Below are positions 45,337 through 54,700 of a stretch of 64,000 nucleotides of DNA, in pieces (position 1 is the first letter of the stretch; each line of letters starts with the position of its first letter). Under the pieces are notes generated by a model that saw only the letters and a program-made list of their open reading frames with translations, was not told the DNA's origin and ran no database searches. The translations under genes were made by a program, and so were the position numbers. Source of the stretch: a virus (taxonomy: Duplodnaviria; Caudoviricetes); the IMG/VR virus record IMGVR_UViG_3300036045_000513, positions 1,201 to 65,200 of that record. One strand, written 5' to 3'.

Positions 45337-47784
45337 ATGGATCAGCTGCCGCTCTCCGTCACCGCCTTCGCCGGCGGCGTGCCGCGGCTGGATCCGCGCC
45401 TCCTCACGCACGGCAACGCGGCGCTCGCCAACAACGGGCGCTACAACTCCGGCGCGATCGAGGCGCTTCGCGAGCCGAAGTACGTCACGAACCCCACCAA
45501 GAGCGGGACGCAACTCGCGCTCTACCGGTTGGTGAAGAGCGCGCTCGAGGCGTGGCTGACCTGGGATCGTGACGTCGATTCCAGCCCGGGCCCGATCGCG
45601 CAGGAAACCACCGGACGGACCTACTTCACCGGCGACGGCGAACCGCGGGTCACGAACTACGATCTTGCCACCACCGGCGGGACCGACCACCCGATGGCGT
45701 CCTATGTCCTCGGGGTGTTCGCGCCGACCACAGCGCCGACGGTGACCCCATCGGGCGGGGTCGGTGCAGCGACCTCGCGCAGCTACCGCTACACGTTCCT
45801 GACGCAATGGGGCGAGGAGTCCGCTCCGAGTCCGGTGTCGGCGCTCACCGCCGGAAAGGTCGACGACACCTGGGCGCTGACCTCGATGCAGACCGCGCCG
45901 GCGAACAGTTTCAGCATCACCGCCGCGTCGTGGTCGAGCGGAACCGCCACGGTGACCGTGGCGAGCACCTTCGGCCTGCGCGTCGGCGAGGAGGTCAACG
46001 TCACCGGCGTCAGCCCATCGGGCTACAACGGGACCCGCCTCGCGATTACCGCGCTGACCTCCACGCAGATCAGCTATGCCGTCGCCTCGAACCCGGGCGC
46101 TTACTCAAGCGGCGGTACGGTGGCGCGCGTCGCCCCTCACAACACGACCGGCTGGAAGCAGCGCATCTACAGGCTGTCGACTGCAGGGCCCTACAAACTC
46201 GTCGTCGAGCAGACCGCTGCGGCGACCTACAACGACACCGTCGCCGAAACGCTGCTCGGCGCGGATCTCGCGACCGGCGATTGGGAAATGCCGCCGGTCG
46301 ACATGAAGGGCCTCGTCGACGGCTGGAACGGCATGATGTTCGGCTTCAGCAAGAACGACGTCTACGTTTGCATCCCCTACCAGCCGCACGCCTGGCCGTC
46401 ACGCTGGCGACACACGCTCACCGATCAGGTCGTCGGAATCGGGGTCAGCGGGCAGACTCTCGTTGTCGGCACGAGCGGGCCGCCGCGGCGGATCGTCGGC
46501 TCGAGCTCGGAATCGCTCTCCGAGATCAACTCGAAGATCCCGTGGCCGTGCCTGTCGAAACGGGGGCTCGCGAGCGGAGCGCTCGGCGTGTTCTACCCGA
46601 CCAAGGAGGGCCTCGTCCGCGGCACTCCGGAAGGCTTCGAGCTCGTCACGCGGGAACTCTACTCGCCGGAGGCGTGGCGGCGGATGCACCCCGAAACATT
46701 CGTCGCCGCGATCGCCATTGACACCTACCACGCCTCTTACGACAGCGCCGGCGAAGCCCTGCCGAAGCCATCGCAGGGCGCGCTGATGATCCCGCTCATC
46801 GAGCTCACGCTCGGCGAGGTGACGACGTCCGAAATCCTGAAGGACCTCTGGACCGATCACCGCACCGGCAAACTCTACGTGCTGCGCGACAACAAGGTAC
46901 ACGAGTGGGACGCCAGCACCTCGATCAAGCTGCTGGTCGAGCACCGCAGCAAAACCTTCGCTCTGGCGAAGCCGACGAATCCTGGTGCAGCCAAGGTCGA
47001 CGCCGACTGGACGCAGACCGATGCCGAAATCGCGACGCTCGCTGCGGCCAAGGACCTCGTCATCTTCGCGAACCACGTCCGCCTCGGCACCAGCTACACC
47101 CGCAACGTTACCGCCTCGGTCGGCTCCGCGGTCGTGACCCCGGTGAGCACGGCGGACCTCGTCGCCGGGATGCTGGTGACCGGAACCGGCGTGCCAGCAG
47201 GCACCACGATCCTATCCATCATCGCCGGCGCGGTGACGCTGTCCGCTGCGATCACGAGCGGGCCACCGACCTCGCTCACCTTCGCCGGCGCGATCTACCG
47301 CGTCGGCTCGACGACGAACGGTTCAGCTGTCGTCACCGGCCTCTCGGCGACCCTGGACCTCTACCGCGGCCTCAAGGTCACCGGTACCGGGATCCCGGCG
47401 AACACCTTCATCCGCCAGGTCGACAGCAACTCGCAGATCACGCTGCACCAGAACGCGACCGGGACAGCCTCGGTCGGACTCACGTTCACCGGCCACGAAG
47501 GCTTGGTGTGCGGGGCCTACAACTCGATGCCGTACAACGCGGTGCCGATCAACGGCTCGTGTTTCATCCCGATCCCTGCGGTGACCTACGACGTCGTGCA
47601 GTTCCTCTTCTATGATGCCATCAGCAATCAGCTGAAGTTCTCGAAAAGCATTCTGCCCCCCGGCCCCGGGTTCCAGATGCCGGGTGGGTATCAGACCGAC
47701 GCTTTCTACTTCGCGGTGGTGACCAACCTGAAGGTGAGGAAGGTCGCGATCGCGCAGAACATGAAGCAGCTCGAGCGGGTATGA
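45337..47784 (+). CDS. tail tube/nozzle (stabilisation) protein
   Basis: FAGGVPRL.PRLL, Y.YTFLT.WGEESAPSP, PY.PHAWP, PCLSKR, WRRMHPET. Confidence 0.8.
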   Translation: MDQLPLSVTAFAGGVPRLDPRLLTHGNAALANNGRYNSGAIEALREPKYVTNPTKSGTQLALYRLVKSALEAWLTWDRDVDSSPGPIAQETTGRTYFTGDGEPRVTNYDLATTGGTDHPMASYVLGVFAPTTAPTVTPSGGVGAATSRSYRYTFLTQWGEESAPSPVSALTAGKVDDTWALTSMQTAPANSFSITAASWSSGTATVTVASTFGLRVGEEVNVTGVSPSGYNGTRLAITALTSTQISYAVASNPGAYSSGGTVARVAPHNTTGWKQRIYRLSTAGPYKLVVEQTAAATYNDTVAETLLGADLATGDWEMPPVDMKGLVDGWNGMMFGFSKNDVYVCIPYQPHAWPSRWRHTLTDQVVGIGVSGQTLVVGTSGPPRRIVGSSSESLSEINSKIPWPCLSKRGLASGALGVFYPTKEGLVRGTPEGFELVTRELYSPEAWRRMHPETFVAAIAIDTYHASYDSAGEALPKPSQGALMIPLIELTLGEVTTSEILKDLWTDHRTGKLYVLRDNKVHEWDASTSIKLLVEHRSKTFALAKPTNPGAAKVDADWTQTDAEIATLAAAKDLVIFANHVRLGTSYTRNVTASVGSAVVTPVSTADLVAGMLVTGTGVPAGTTILSIIAGAVTLSAAITSGPPTSLTFAGAIYRVGSTTNGSAVVTGLSATLDLYRGLKVTGTGIPANTFIRQVDSNSQITLHQNATGTASVGLTFTGHEGLVCGAYNSMPYNAVPINGSCFIPIPAVTYDVVQFLFYDAISNQLKFSKSILPPGPGFQMPGGYQTDAFYFAVVTNLKVRKVAIAQNMKQLERV

Positions 47785-47978
47785 GCCTCAAGACGCCAGC
47801 GATTCCCGAACCGACTGCGCGCAATCTCGTTGAGGCGGTGAGCGCGCTGAAGGAGGCCGTCGAGGTAACTAAGGGCCGCCGCGGGCAGGCAAAGCCGATC
47901 GCGACGCTTGCGTCTACGGCAACGCTGGCCGAGGTCATCGCGAAAGTGAATGAACTGATTTCGAGGCTGCAGGCGTGA
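47781..47978 (+). CDS. small tail-associated protein
   Basis: PAIP...ALKEAVEV..GRRG. Confidence 0.6.
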   Translation: MSLKTPAIPEPTARNLVEAVSALKEAVEVTKGRRGQAKPIATLASTATLAEVIAKVNELISRLQA

Positions 47979-48409
47979 AAGTCTGCGGCGAGCAGCGCCC
48001 GGAGTTCTTCGACTTTGCCGCGCGCGTGCTCGAGGTCGAGCTCCGGCACGACGCCGGAGCGCGCGTGATCGCCAACCTCGATGGCGACCGCATCGCCGCG
48101 GTGACAGCGTTCACGCGCTTCGATGCCCGCAACGCGGAAATGTCGATCGCGAGCGACGGCTCGAAGAAGTGGATGACGCGGGCGTTCCTGTACGAGTCGT
48201 TCGCCTACCCGTTCATCACGCTCAACCTCGAGCGGGTGACCGGCGTGGTCGACAGCCGCAACCGCGCGGCGCTCACGCTCGACCTGAAGCTCGGTTTCGT
48301 GCCGGAGGGCGTCCTCCGGCGCTGGTTCGGTGAAGCCGACGGCATCTTGCTCGGCATGTTGCGGTCAGAGTGCCGTTGGCTGCAAATCAAGGATGTCCCG
48401 AAAGGATAG
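47975..48409 (+). CDS. GNAT-family acetyltransferase-like protein
   Basis: FAYPF..L...RVTG.V...N..AL....KLGF..EG.LR...GMLRSEC. Confidence 0.85.
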   Translation: MKVCGEQRPEFFDFAARVLEVELRHDAGARVIANLDGDRIAAVTAFTRFDARNAEMSIASDGSKKWMTRAFLYESFAYPFITLNLERVTGVVDSRNRAALTLDLKLGFVPEGVLRRWFGEADGILLGMLRSECRWLQIKDVPKG

Positions 48410-48411
48410 AA

Positions 48412-49311
48412 ATGACGACCCGTAATCCGTTGATGGACCCGGTGTGGTTCACGCCGCCGGATGGCAGCTCGCGCTCGCTCTGGAAGAGCAAGCCGAGTCC
48501 GCCGCAACAAGATCCCGCCGTCGGTCAGGCCGCGCAGGCAAACGCCGAGGTCAGCCGGGAAGCGCTCGCGTTCTCGAAGGAGCAGTGGGAGGAAGGCAAG
48601 GAGCGCCGCGATTGGGAGTTCGAGACGGCCAAGACCTCTACCGACTTCGCGCTGCGCTCGCTCGAGAAACAGGAAGGGATCAGCGACGACTACTACAAGT
48701 ACCTGACCGATACGTTCTGGCCGCTCGAAAAGGACATCGTCGGGCAGGCGCAAGCCTACGACACGCCGGAGCGCCGCGAAGAGGAAGCCGGGCGTGCCGC
48801 CGGCGAGGTTCGCACGCAGTTCGGCGTCACCCGCGCGCAGTCGGAGCGCGAGGCCGGCCGGTACGGCGTCTCGCCGAACCAGCTCAACGCGCGCTACGGG
48901 GTCGAGATGGACGCTGCCGAGGCGGCGGCCGCCGGCAAGGCGTCGAACGATGCCCGCCGCACGGTCGAGCAGATCGGCTTTGCCCGGAAGATGGACGCCG
49001 CCTCGCTCGGCCGCAACCTGCCTTCCAGCCAGGCGACGGCCGCACAGATCGGCCTGCAATCGGGCAACGCCGCCACCGGCAACGCGATGGCCTCGGGGGC
49101 GAGCTCGCGCGCCGATGCAGCGCTCAACCTCTCCGGCTACGGCACCGCCATCAGCGGGAACACAGCCGCCGGCAACCTGCTGAACAGCCAGTACAACGCC
49201 AACCTCCAAGGATGGGGCGTCGGCCAGCAGGCGGCAGCGGCACAAGCTGCTGGCACCGGGCAGATGGTCGGCACCGCCGCCGGCATCGGCATCGCGGCGA
49301 TCGCGCTGTGA
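48412..49311 (+). CDS. internal virion/ejection protein
   Basis: Ala/Gln/Gly-rich; follows the GNAT gene as in P22 gp14-gp7. Confidence 0.7.
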   Translation: MTTRNPLMDPVWFTPPDGSSRSLWKSKPSPPQQDPAVGQAAQANAEVSREALAFSKEQWEEGKERRDWEFETAKTSTDFALRSLEKQEGISDDYYKYLTDTFWPLEKDIVGQAQAYDTPERREEEAGRAAGEVRTQFGVTRAQSEREAGRYGVSPNQLNARYGVEMDAAEAAAAGKASNDARRTVEQIGFARKMDAASLGRNLPSSQATAAQIGLQSGNAATGNAMASGASSRADAALNLSGYGTAISGNTAAGNLLNSQYNANLQGWGVGQQAAAAQAAGTGQMVGTAAGIGIAAIAL

Positions 49312-50042
49312 CCGTGCCCTGGACGAACGACGACAAGGTCGTCCTGCACTTCAGCGGCGGGAAGGACTCTCTCGCCTGCCTGTGGCTCTACCGCGACCGA
49401 TGGGACGAGATCACCGTCCTGTGGTGCAACACCGGTGCCGCGTATCCGGAAACGGTCGCCTACATGCGCAAGATCGACAGCCTCGTGCCGTACTTCGACG
49501 AGGTGCGCAGCGACCAGCCGGCCTACATCGCGGCGAACGGCTGGCCGGTGGATATCCTGCCGATGCGCGCGAGTCCGGTTGGCCGGCTGATCCACGGCGA
49601 CGACGGCCAGAAGTTCACCGGCTACATGGCCTGCTGCGCCGAGAATATCTGGCAACCGCTCGCGGCACGGACGCGCGAACTCGGCGCGACCGTGGTCCTG
49701 CGAGGGCAGAAACTCGCGGACCAGCGCAAGGCCCCGGTGCGAAGCGGCTTCATCGAGGACGGCATCCGCTACGTGTTCCCGCTCGAGGACTGGACCGACG
49801 AGATGGTGTTCGAGTACCTCGAACGGGAGCGGGCGCCGATCCCCGACTACTACCGCAACGGTGAGGTGTCGAGCCATGACTGCGCGGACTGTTCGGCATA
49901 CCTGGACGAGAACATCACGCGGCTTGCAAACCTCCCGCCGGAGAGGCGCGTGGTGGTGTTCGAGCGGCTGGCAACGATTCGCGCCGCCGCGCGGCGGGAG
50001 ATGAAGCTGCTCGACGAGGCGATCGAGCGCATCAGCGACTAG
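49308..50042 (+). CDS. PAPS-reductase-family (PP-loop) protein
   Basis: FSGGKDS, W.NTG.AYPET, CC..NIW.P, RGQK..D, PL.DWT, DC.DC. Confidence 0.88.
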   Translation: MTVPWTNDDKVVLHFSGGKDSLACLWLYRDRWDEITVLWCNTGAAYPETVAYMRKIDSLVPYFDEVRSDQPAYIAANGWPVDILPMRASPVGRLIHGDDGQKFTGYMACCAENIWQPLAARTRELGATVVLRGQKLADQRKAPVRSGFIEDGIRYVFPLEDWTDEMVFEYLERERAPIPDYYRNGEVSSHDCADCSAYLDENITRLANLPPERRVVVFERLATIRAAARREMKLLDEAIERISD

Positions 50043-50050
50043 GAGACGAT

Positions 50051-51781
50051 ATGGCTTGGGGTTCGTTCGGTGGCGGCTTCGCCGGTGGCTTGGCGGTCGG
50101 CTTCGGGGTCGGGAAGGGCGCGTACGACCTCTACGAAGCGAGCGAGAAGAACGAGCGCGAGAAGGCGTATCAGAACGAGCTCAAGGGGCTCGGCAGCTGG
50201 CCGCCGGCCGGGCCGGACCAGTCGTTCAAGAGCGATACCGGTGCCGCGCCGATCGCGCAGGCGAGCGATCCCGCCACCGCAGCCGCAGCGACCGGCGGGG
50301 CCGAGAACGCTGGCGCCATCATGCCGAGCCGCTTGATGGACGACGGGGGGCAGGCCGGCGCCGCCGGCGGAAGCATCGACCCAGAGGCCGCGCGCAAAGC
50401 CCAACGCAAGGCCACGCTCTCGAACCCCGCCGCGGCGATCGACTACGTGAACCGTCGCGCCGCGATCGACCTCAAGTACGGGAAGATGCACGGCGAGGGC
50501 CTCCTCCGGCTCACGCAGACGATCGACAACATGAAGAAGGAGGGCTACGTCGAGGCGATCAGTCTCTTCGACCGCGGGCAGGTGCAGGAGGGCCTTTCGA
50601 AGCTGAACGGCTCCGGGCAGGACACCGGCTACGAGCTCGTGTCGTGGGACCGCGGGACCTCGAAGGTCGGTGATCAGGACGTCCCGACGATGAAGGTCAC
50701 GCTGCGCGACCGCGAGGGGAACCTCGTGAACCTCGACACGGCGCAGACGAAGTTCGGCCTGATGGGGATGAAGGACCAGCTCCACGCCTACGGCGAGGCA
50801 CGGCGCGCGCGCGCCGCGGAGCGTACCGCCGACGCGGACACGAAGCTCAAAGCCGAGCAGACGCGGGTGCAAAAGGCGTTCGCCGACAATCTCGAGGAGG
50901 GTCTGTCGCGCGAAGGACGTGATCCGACCGCGCCAGGCGGGAAAGGCGGCAAGCAGCCCGACGACGGCAAGTGGACCAAGGACCACCAGGCGGTGCTCGA
51001 CGACATCCGCAAGGGCATCGTCGACGACCACGGCGACAAGAACCCCGACCCGTTGAAATCGGACAAGGTGCCGAACGACCAGACCCGGCGCATGGGCGCG
51101 ATGGGCGAGTCGATGTATCGCCACTCGGTCAAGACCGGCGAGCCGATGGGGCCGGCCGAGGTGCGCGAGGTGCTCAAGAGCGGCCAGTTCCGCACCGACA
51201 TCGTGGCGCGCGACGAGTCCGGCGCGCTGGTGCGACGCGCCGGGTTCGTGGTCAAGGATCCTGTCAGCGGCCAGCCGCGGGCGTACTTCACCGATCACCG
51301 GCCGGTCGCGCTCACCGCGGAGGAGCAGCAGCGGTTCGAGGGGCGGCAGACCGCCGGGGGCCAGCCGGCCGCGGCGCCCGCCAGCGCCGCGCCGGCGCAG
51401 CGCCCGCCGGCGCCAGCGCCGCGCCCGGGCGGCGCGCAAGGCGCGCCAGCGCCGGTTCAGGCTGGCGCGGAACCGCCGCGCGCGCCGCGCGCGCAGCCGC
51501 CGGCCTCCCCGCAGCGCCAAGGGAACGAGCGGGCGCCGCTCGCCGGCGCCGGCCAGGCGATCACCGACACGGTCAGCCGGTGGGGGCAGGCGATCGCCGA
51601 CGCCTTCCGCTCCGGCAACGAGCGGGCGATGGCGAACATCATGCAGAACCCGCAGCTTCCCGAAGCCGAGCGCCGCGCGATGGCGGAACGGATCCTCGCC
51701 GACCCGCAGGCCCGCTCGCCCGAGCTCGTCGCCGCGGCGCGCGCAGTGCTGAACCCGCAGACCGCCACCGAAGGCCGGTAG
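50051..51781 (+). CDS. internal virion/ejection protein
   Basis: Gly-rich N-terminus FGGGFAGGLAVGFG; 576 aa. Confidence 0.7.
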   Translation: MAWGSFGGGFAGGLAVGFGVGKGAYDLYEASEKNEREKAYQNELKGLGSWPPAGPDQSFKSDTGAAPIAQASDPATAAAATGGAENAGAIMPSRLMDDGGQAGAAGGSIDPEAARKAQRKATLSNPAAAIDYVNRRAAIDLKYGKMHGEGLLRLTQTIDNMKKEGYVEAISLFDRGQVQEGLSKLNGSGQDTGYELVSWDRGTSKVGDQDVPTMKVTLRDREGNLVNLDTAQTKFGLMGMKDQLHAYGEARRARAAERTADADTKLKAEQTRVQKAFADNLEEGLSREGRDPTAPGGKGGKQPDDGKWTKDHQAVLDDIRKGIVDDHGDKNPDPLKSDKVPNDQTRRMGAMGESMYRHSVKTGEPMGPAEVREVLKSGQFRTDIVARDESGALVRRAGFVVKDPVSGQPRAYFTDHRPVALTAEEQQRFEGRQTAGGQPAAAPASAAPAQRPPAPAPRPGGAQGAPAPVQAGAEPPRAPRAQPPASPQRQGNERAPLAGAGQAITDTVSRWGQAIADAFRSGNERAMANIMQNPQLPEAERRAMAERILADPQARSPELVAAARAVLNPQTATEGR

Positions 51782-51784
51782 CCG

Positions 51785-54700
51785 ATGGCAGAGCAGTTCC
51801 TCGGGTTCCTCGACGAGCCCGGCGGCCCCGCTTCGCCTGCTGCGGCACCGGAGCGCCCGGCGCCAGCGCGCGACCGCGCCTCGGCCGCCGAGCGCGACCT
51901 CCGCTCGCGGATGTTCACCCCGGAGGAGAGCGACCAGATCCTCGCGCGCGAGGTGCAACCCGACGCCCGCGCGGCGTTCCGGCGCGCGATCGACGCCGAG
52001 CGCGACCCGAAGGCCAAGGCCATCCTGCTGTCCGAGTACGAGCGCGACGCCGAGCGGGCGACCCGACTTGCCGGGCAGACGCCAGCCGCCACCGGTGACC
52101 AGCCCATCGAAGAACCAACCGCCGAAACCATGCCGGTCCGCGCGCCGCGCGCGCGCCGCGTCGCTGCGCCGGCAACGCGCCACGTCCCCGAGCTCGTCGG
52201 TTTCCTCGACGACCGCCCGCTCGAGGAGCCCGCCGCCGCGAAGCCGAAGCCCGCCGGGGCCGGTCTCGGTACTCGGATGGCCGACCTCGGCGTGTCGGCC
52301 GCCGCCGGCGTCGGCTCGCTGGTCGAGATGGGCGGGACGATCGCCCGCCTCGCCACCGGCGAGGACAACTTCGTCAGGCAGTTCGGCGAGGAGGTCCGGG
52401 AGTATTGGGAGGGCCGGAAGTCCGAGGACCTGAAGGCCCGTGAGCAGACCCGGCGCCAGCGGATCGACTCGACAGAGGGCGAGTTCGGGAAGGCCATCGC
52501 CGCGATCAGCGCCACGATCAGCGATCCGCCGCTCTTCGCGGCGTTCCTCGCGGAGCAGATCCCGCAGTTCATCCCCGGCATGGCGGTCGGAAGGGCGCTG
52601 ACGGGCGTCGCCACGGCACTGAAAGCCGGCGAAGCGGCTACCCGCGCGGCTGGCATCGGCGGCGCTGTAGCGGCCGGCGCAGCCTTCCAGGGCGCTGACA
52701 TCGCCGGCGACACGATCGAGCGGCTGCTGAAACTCCCGGACCACGTGTGGGCGCAGCACCCCGGCTTCGCCGCGGCGGTTGCCGCCGGCGAGGATCCCGC
52801 CGCGGCGAAGCAGCGCATCGCCACGCAGGAGGGCCGGCAGGCGTTCGCGCTCGCCGGCGCGGTGTCCGCGCTCGCGCAGGCGATCCCCGGCGGGACGACG
52901 ATCGAGCGCGTCCTAGCGGGAGTCGGCGGCCGCGGCGGCGGGTTCCTCCGCGGTGCCATCAAGGGGCTCGTCGGCGAGGGGATCTCGGAAGGGGTCGAGG
53001 AGGGCAGCGGGCAGGCGATCGCCAACCTCGGCGTCCAGTCGGTCGACCCGTCGCAGTCGCTCACGCAGGGTGTCGGCGAGGCCACTGGCCTTGGAACTCT
53101 CATGGGCGGCACGTTCGGCGGTGCGCTGGGTGGCTTCCAGCGCCCGGGAGAACCGCCGCGGGCGAAGCCGAAGGACGAGGATGGCGCGGTCCCGGTCGAG
53201 GAGGTGCTCGGCCCGCAGCCCGGTCAATCGGGTGGTGGCGCGACTGTCGACCGGAATCAAGCCGCTACGGTCGCCAGCAACCTCATGCCGGTGCCGGTGC
53301 AGGTCTCGCAGCCGACGCAGGAGGAGCAGCAGCGTCAAGCGGTTGACCGGCTGACCGAAATCGAGGCTCGCGAGCGCGAGCTCAGTCAACTCGTCGCCGA
53401 GGGCAACACCGACACCTCGGACGACATGGCAAAGCTCCGCGCGGCGAACGCCAAGGTGGAGTTCCGCGTGCTCGAGCGGGAGCGCCGGCAGATCGTCACC
53501 GCGATGGGCGGCGAGAACGCCGCGCGCGACGTGATGGCCGGTTCACGGCCGGTGATGCAAGTGAGCGCTGACGGCGAGGCGAGCCCGGTGGAGGCGGCTG
53601 GCCCGGTAGGAGCCGGGACTTCGCTCAGTTCACCCCCAGGATCGCTCAGTACGCCGCCGGCGGCCGTCGAAACCCCCGAGGACGCCCCCACACCGGCCGA
53701 GCTCAAGGCCGAGGCGCTGAGCCAGAAGCGTTCGGAGATTGCCAAGCGCGAGGCCGCGAAGCGAGCCAAGATCGACATCGGCAAGGACTCGCTCCTCACC
53801 GCCATCGCCAAGCTGGGCGGCCTGAAGCGCGACCAGGCGATCGGAGAATGGGGCCTCGATCCGAAGGGCATCCCGAAGTCCGGCCTGTTCGGCCGGCCGA
53901 TCCTGCGGGCGACCGGCGGCAACACTCTCGACGCGATGGGCGAGAAACTCGCCGAGCTCGGCTACCTGCCGGTCGACGAGCACGGGAAGCACGACCTCGC
54001 CTCGTTCGAGGCCCTGCTGGACCGCGAGCTCCGCGGCGAGCCGCAGTACACCCCCGAGGGGTGGGAAGCGCGCGCGCGCGCCGAGCGTGAGGCCGAGGTG
54101 CCGGAGGCAGAAGCCGCGGCGATCGCGCCGCCGCCCGACGTTGCCGCGCTGCCGGCGCCGCAGAGCGAGGAGATCGACGCGCTCGAGCTCAGCCCCGAGG
54201 ACATCGCCGAGTTCGAGCGCCACGACGCTGGCGAGCAGGCGAGCGCCGAGGCGCTGGTCGAGGGCCTGCGCGGCCGATTCGACGGCACCGAGGCCGAGTC
54301 CTTGGTCGACAAACTCATCGAGCGCGCCGCCATCGAAACGCAGGACCAGCCGGCGAGTGCGTTCCATGCTGCTATCATCCGCGGCGTACGAGAGGTCAAG
54401 GCCCGTGCTCAAGATCCCCAAGGACAACCCGCACCGCAAGAGCGCGGTACGGATCGCGAAGCTGGCGAAGCGCCTCCTGCGCGCGGGCCGCCCAAAGGTG
54501 GCCCCGCCGAGCGACCCGCTCAAGAAGAAGCCCCGGCCCTCGAGCTAGCCCCGCAGTCCCCGGACGACCTCCGGCGCCGCGACGACGAATCGAAGGCGCG
54601 CGCCGAAGCGATCCGCAAGGAGCAGGAGCGCGCCGCCGCCCCGCCGCCGGCGGACTTCACGCTCACCGGCTCCGATCGCCCCGCCGATCAGGCGGCCGCG

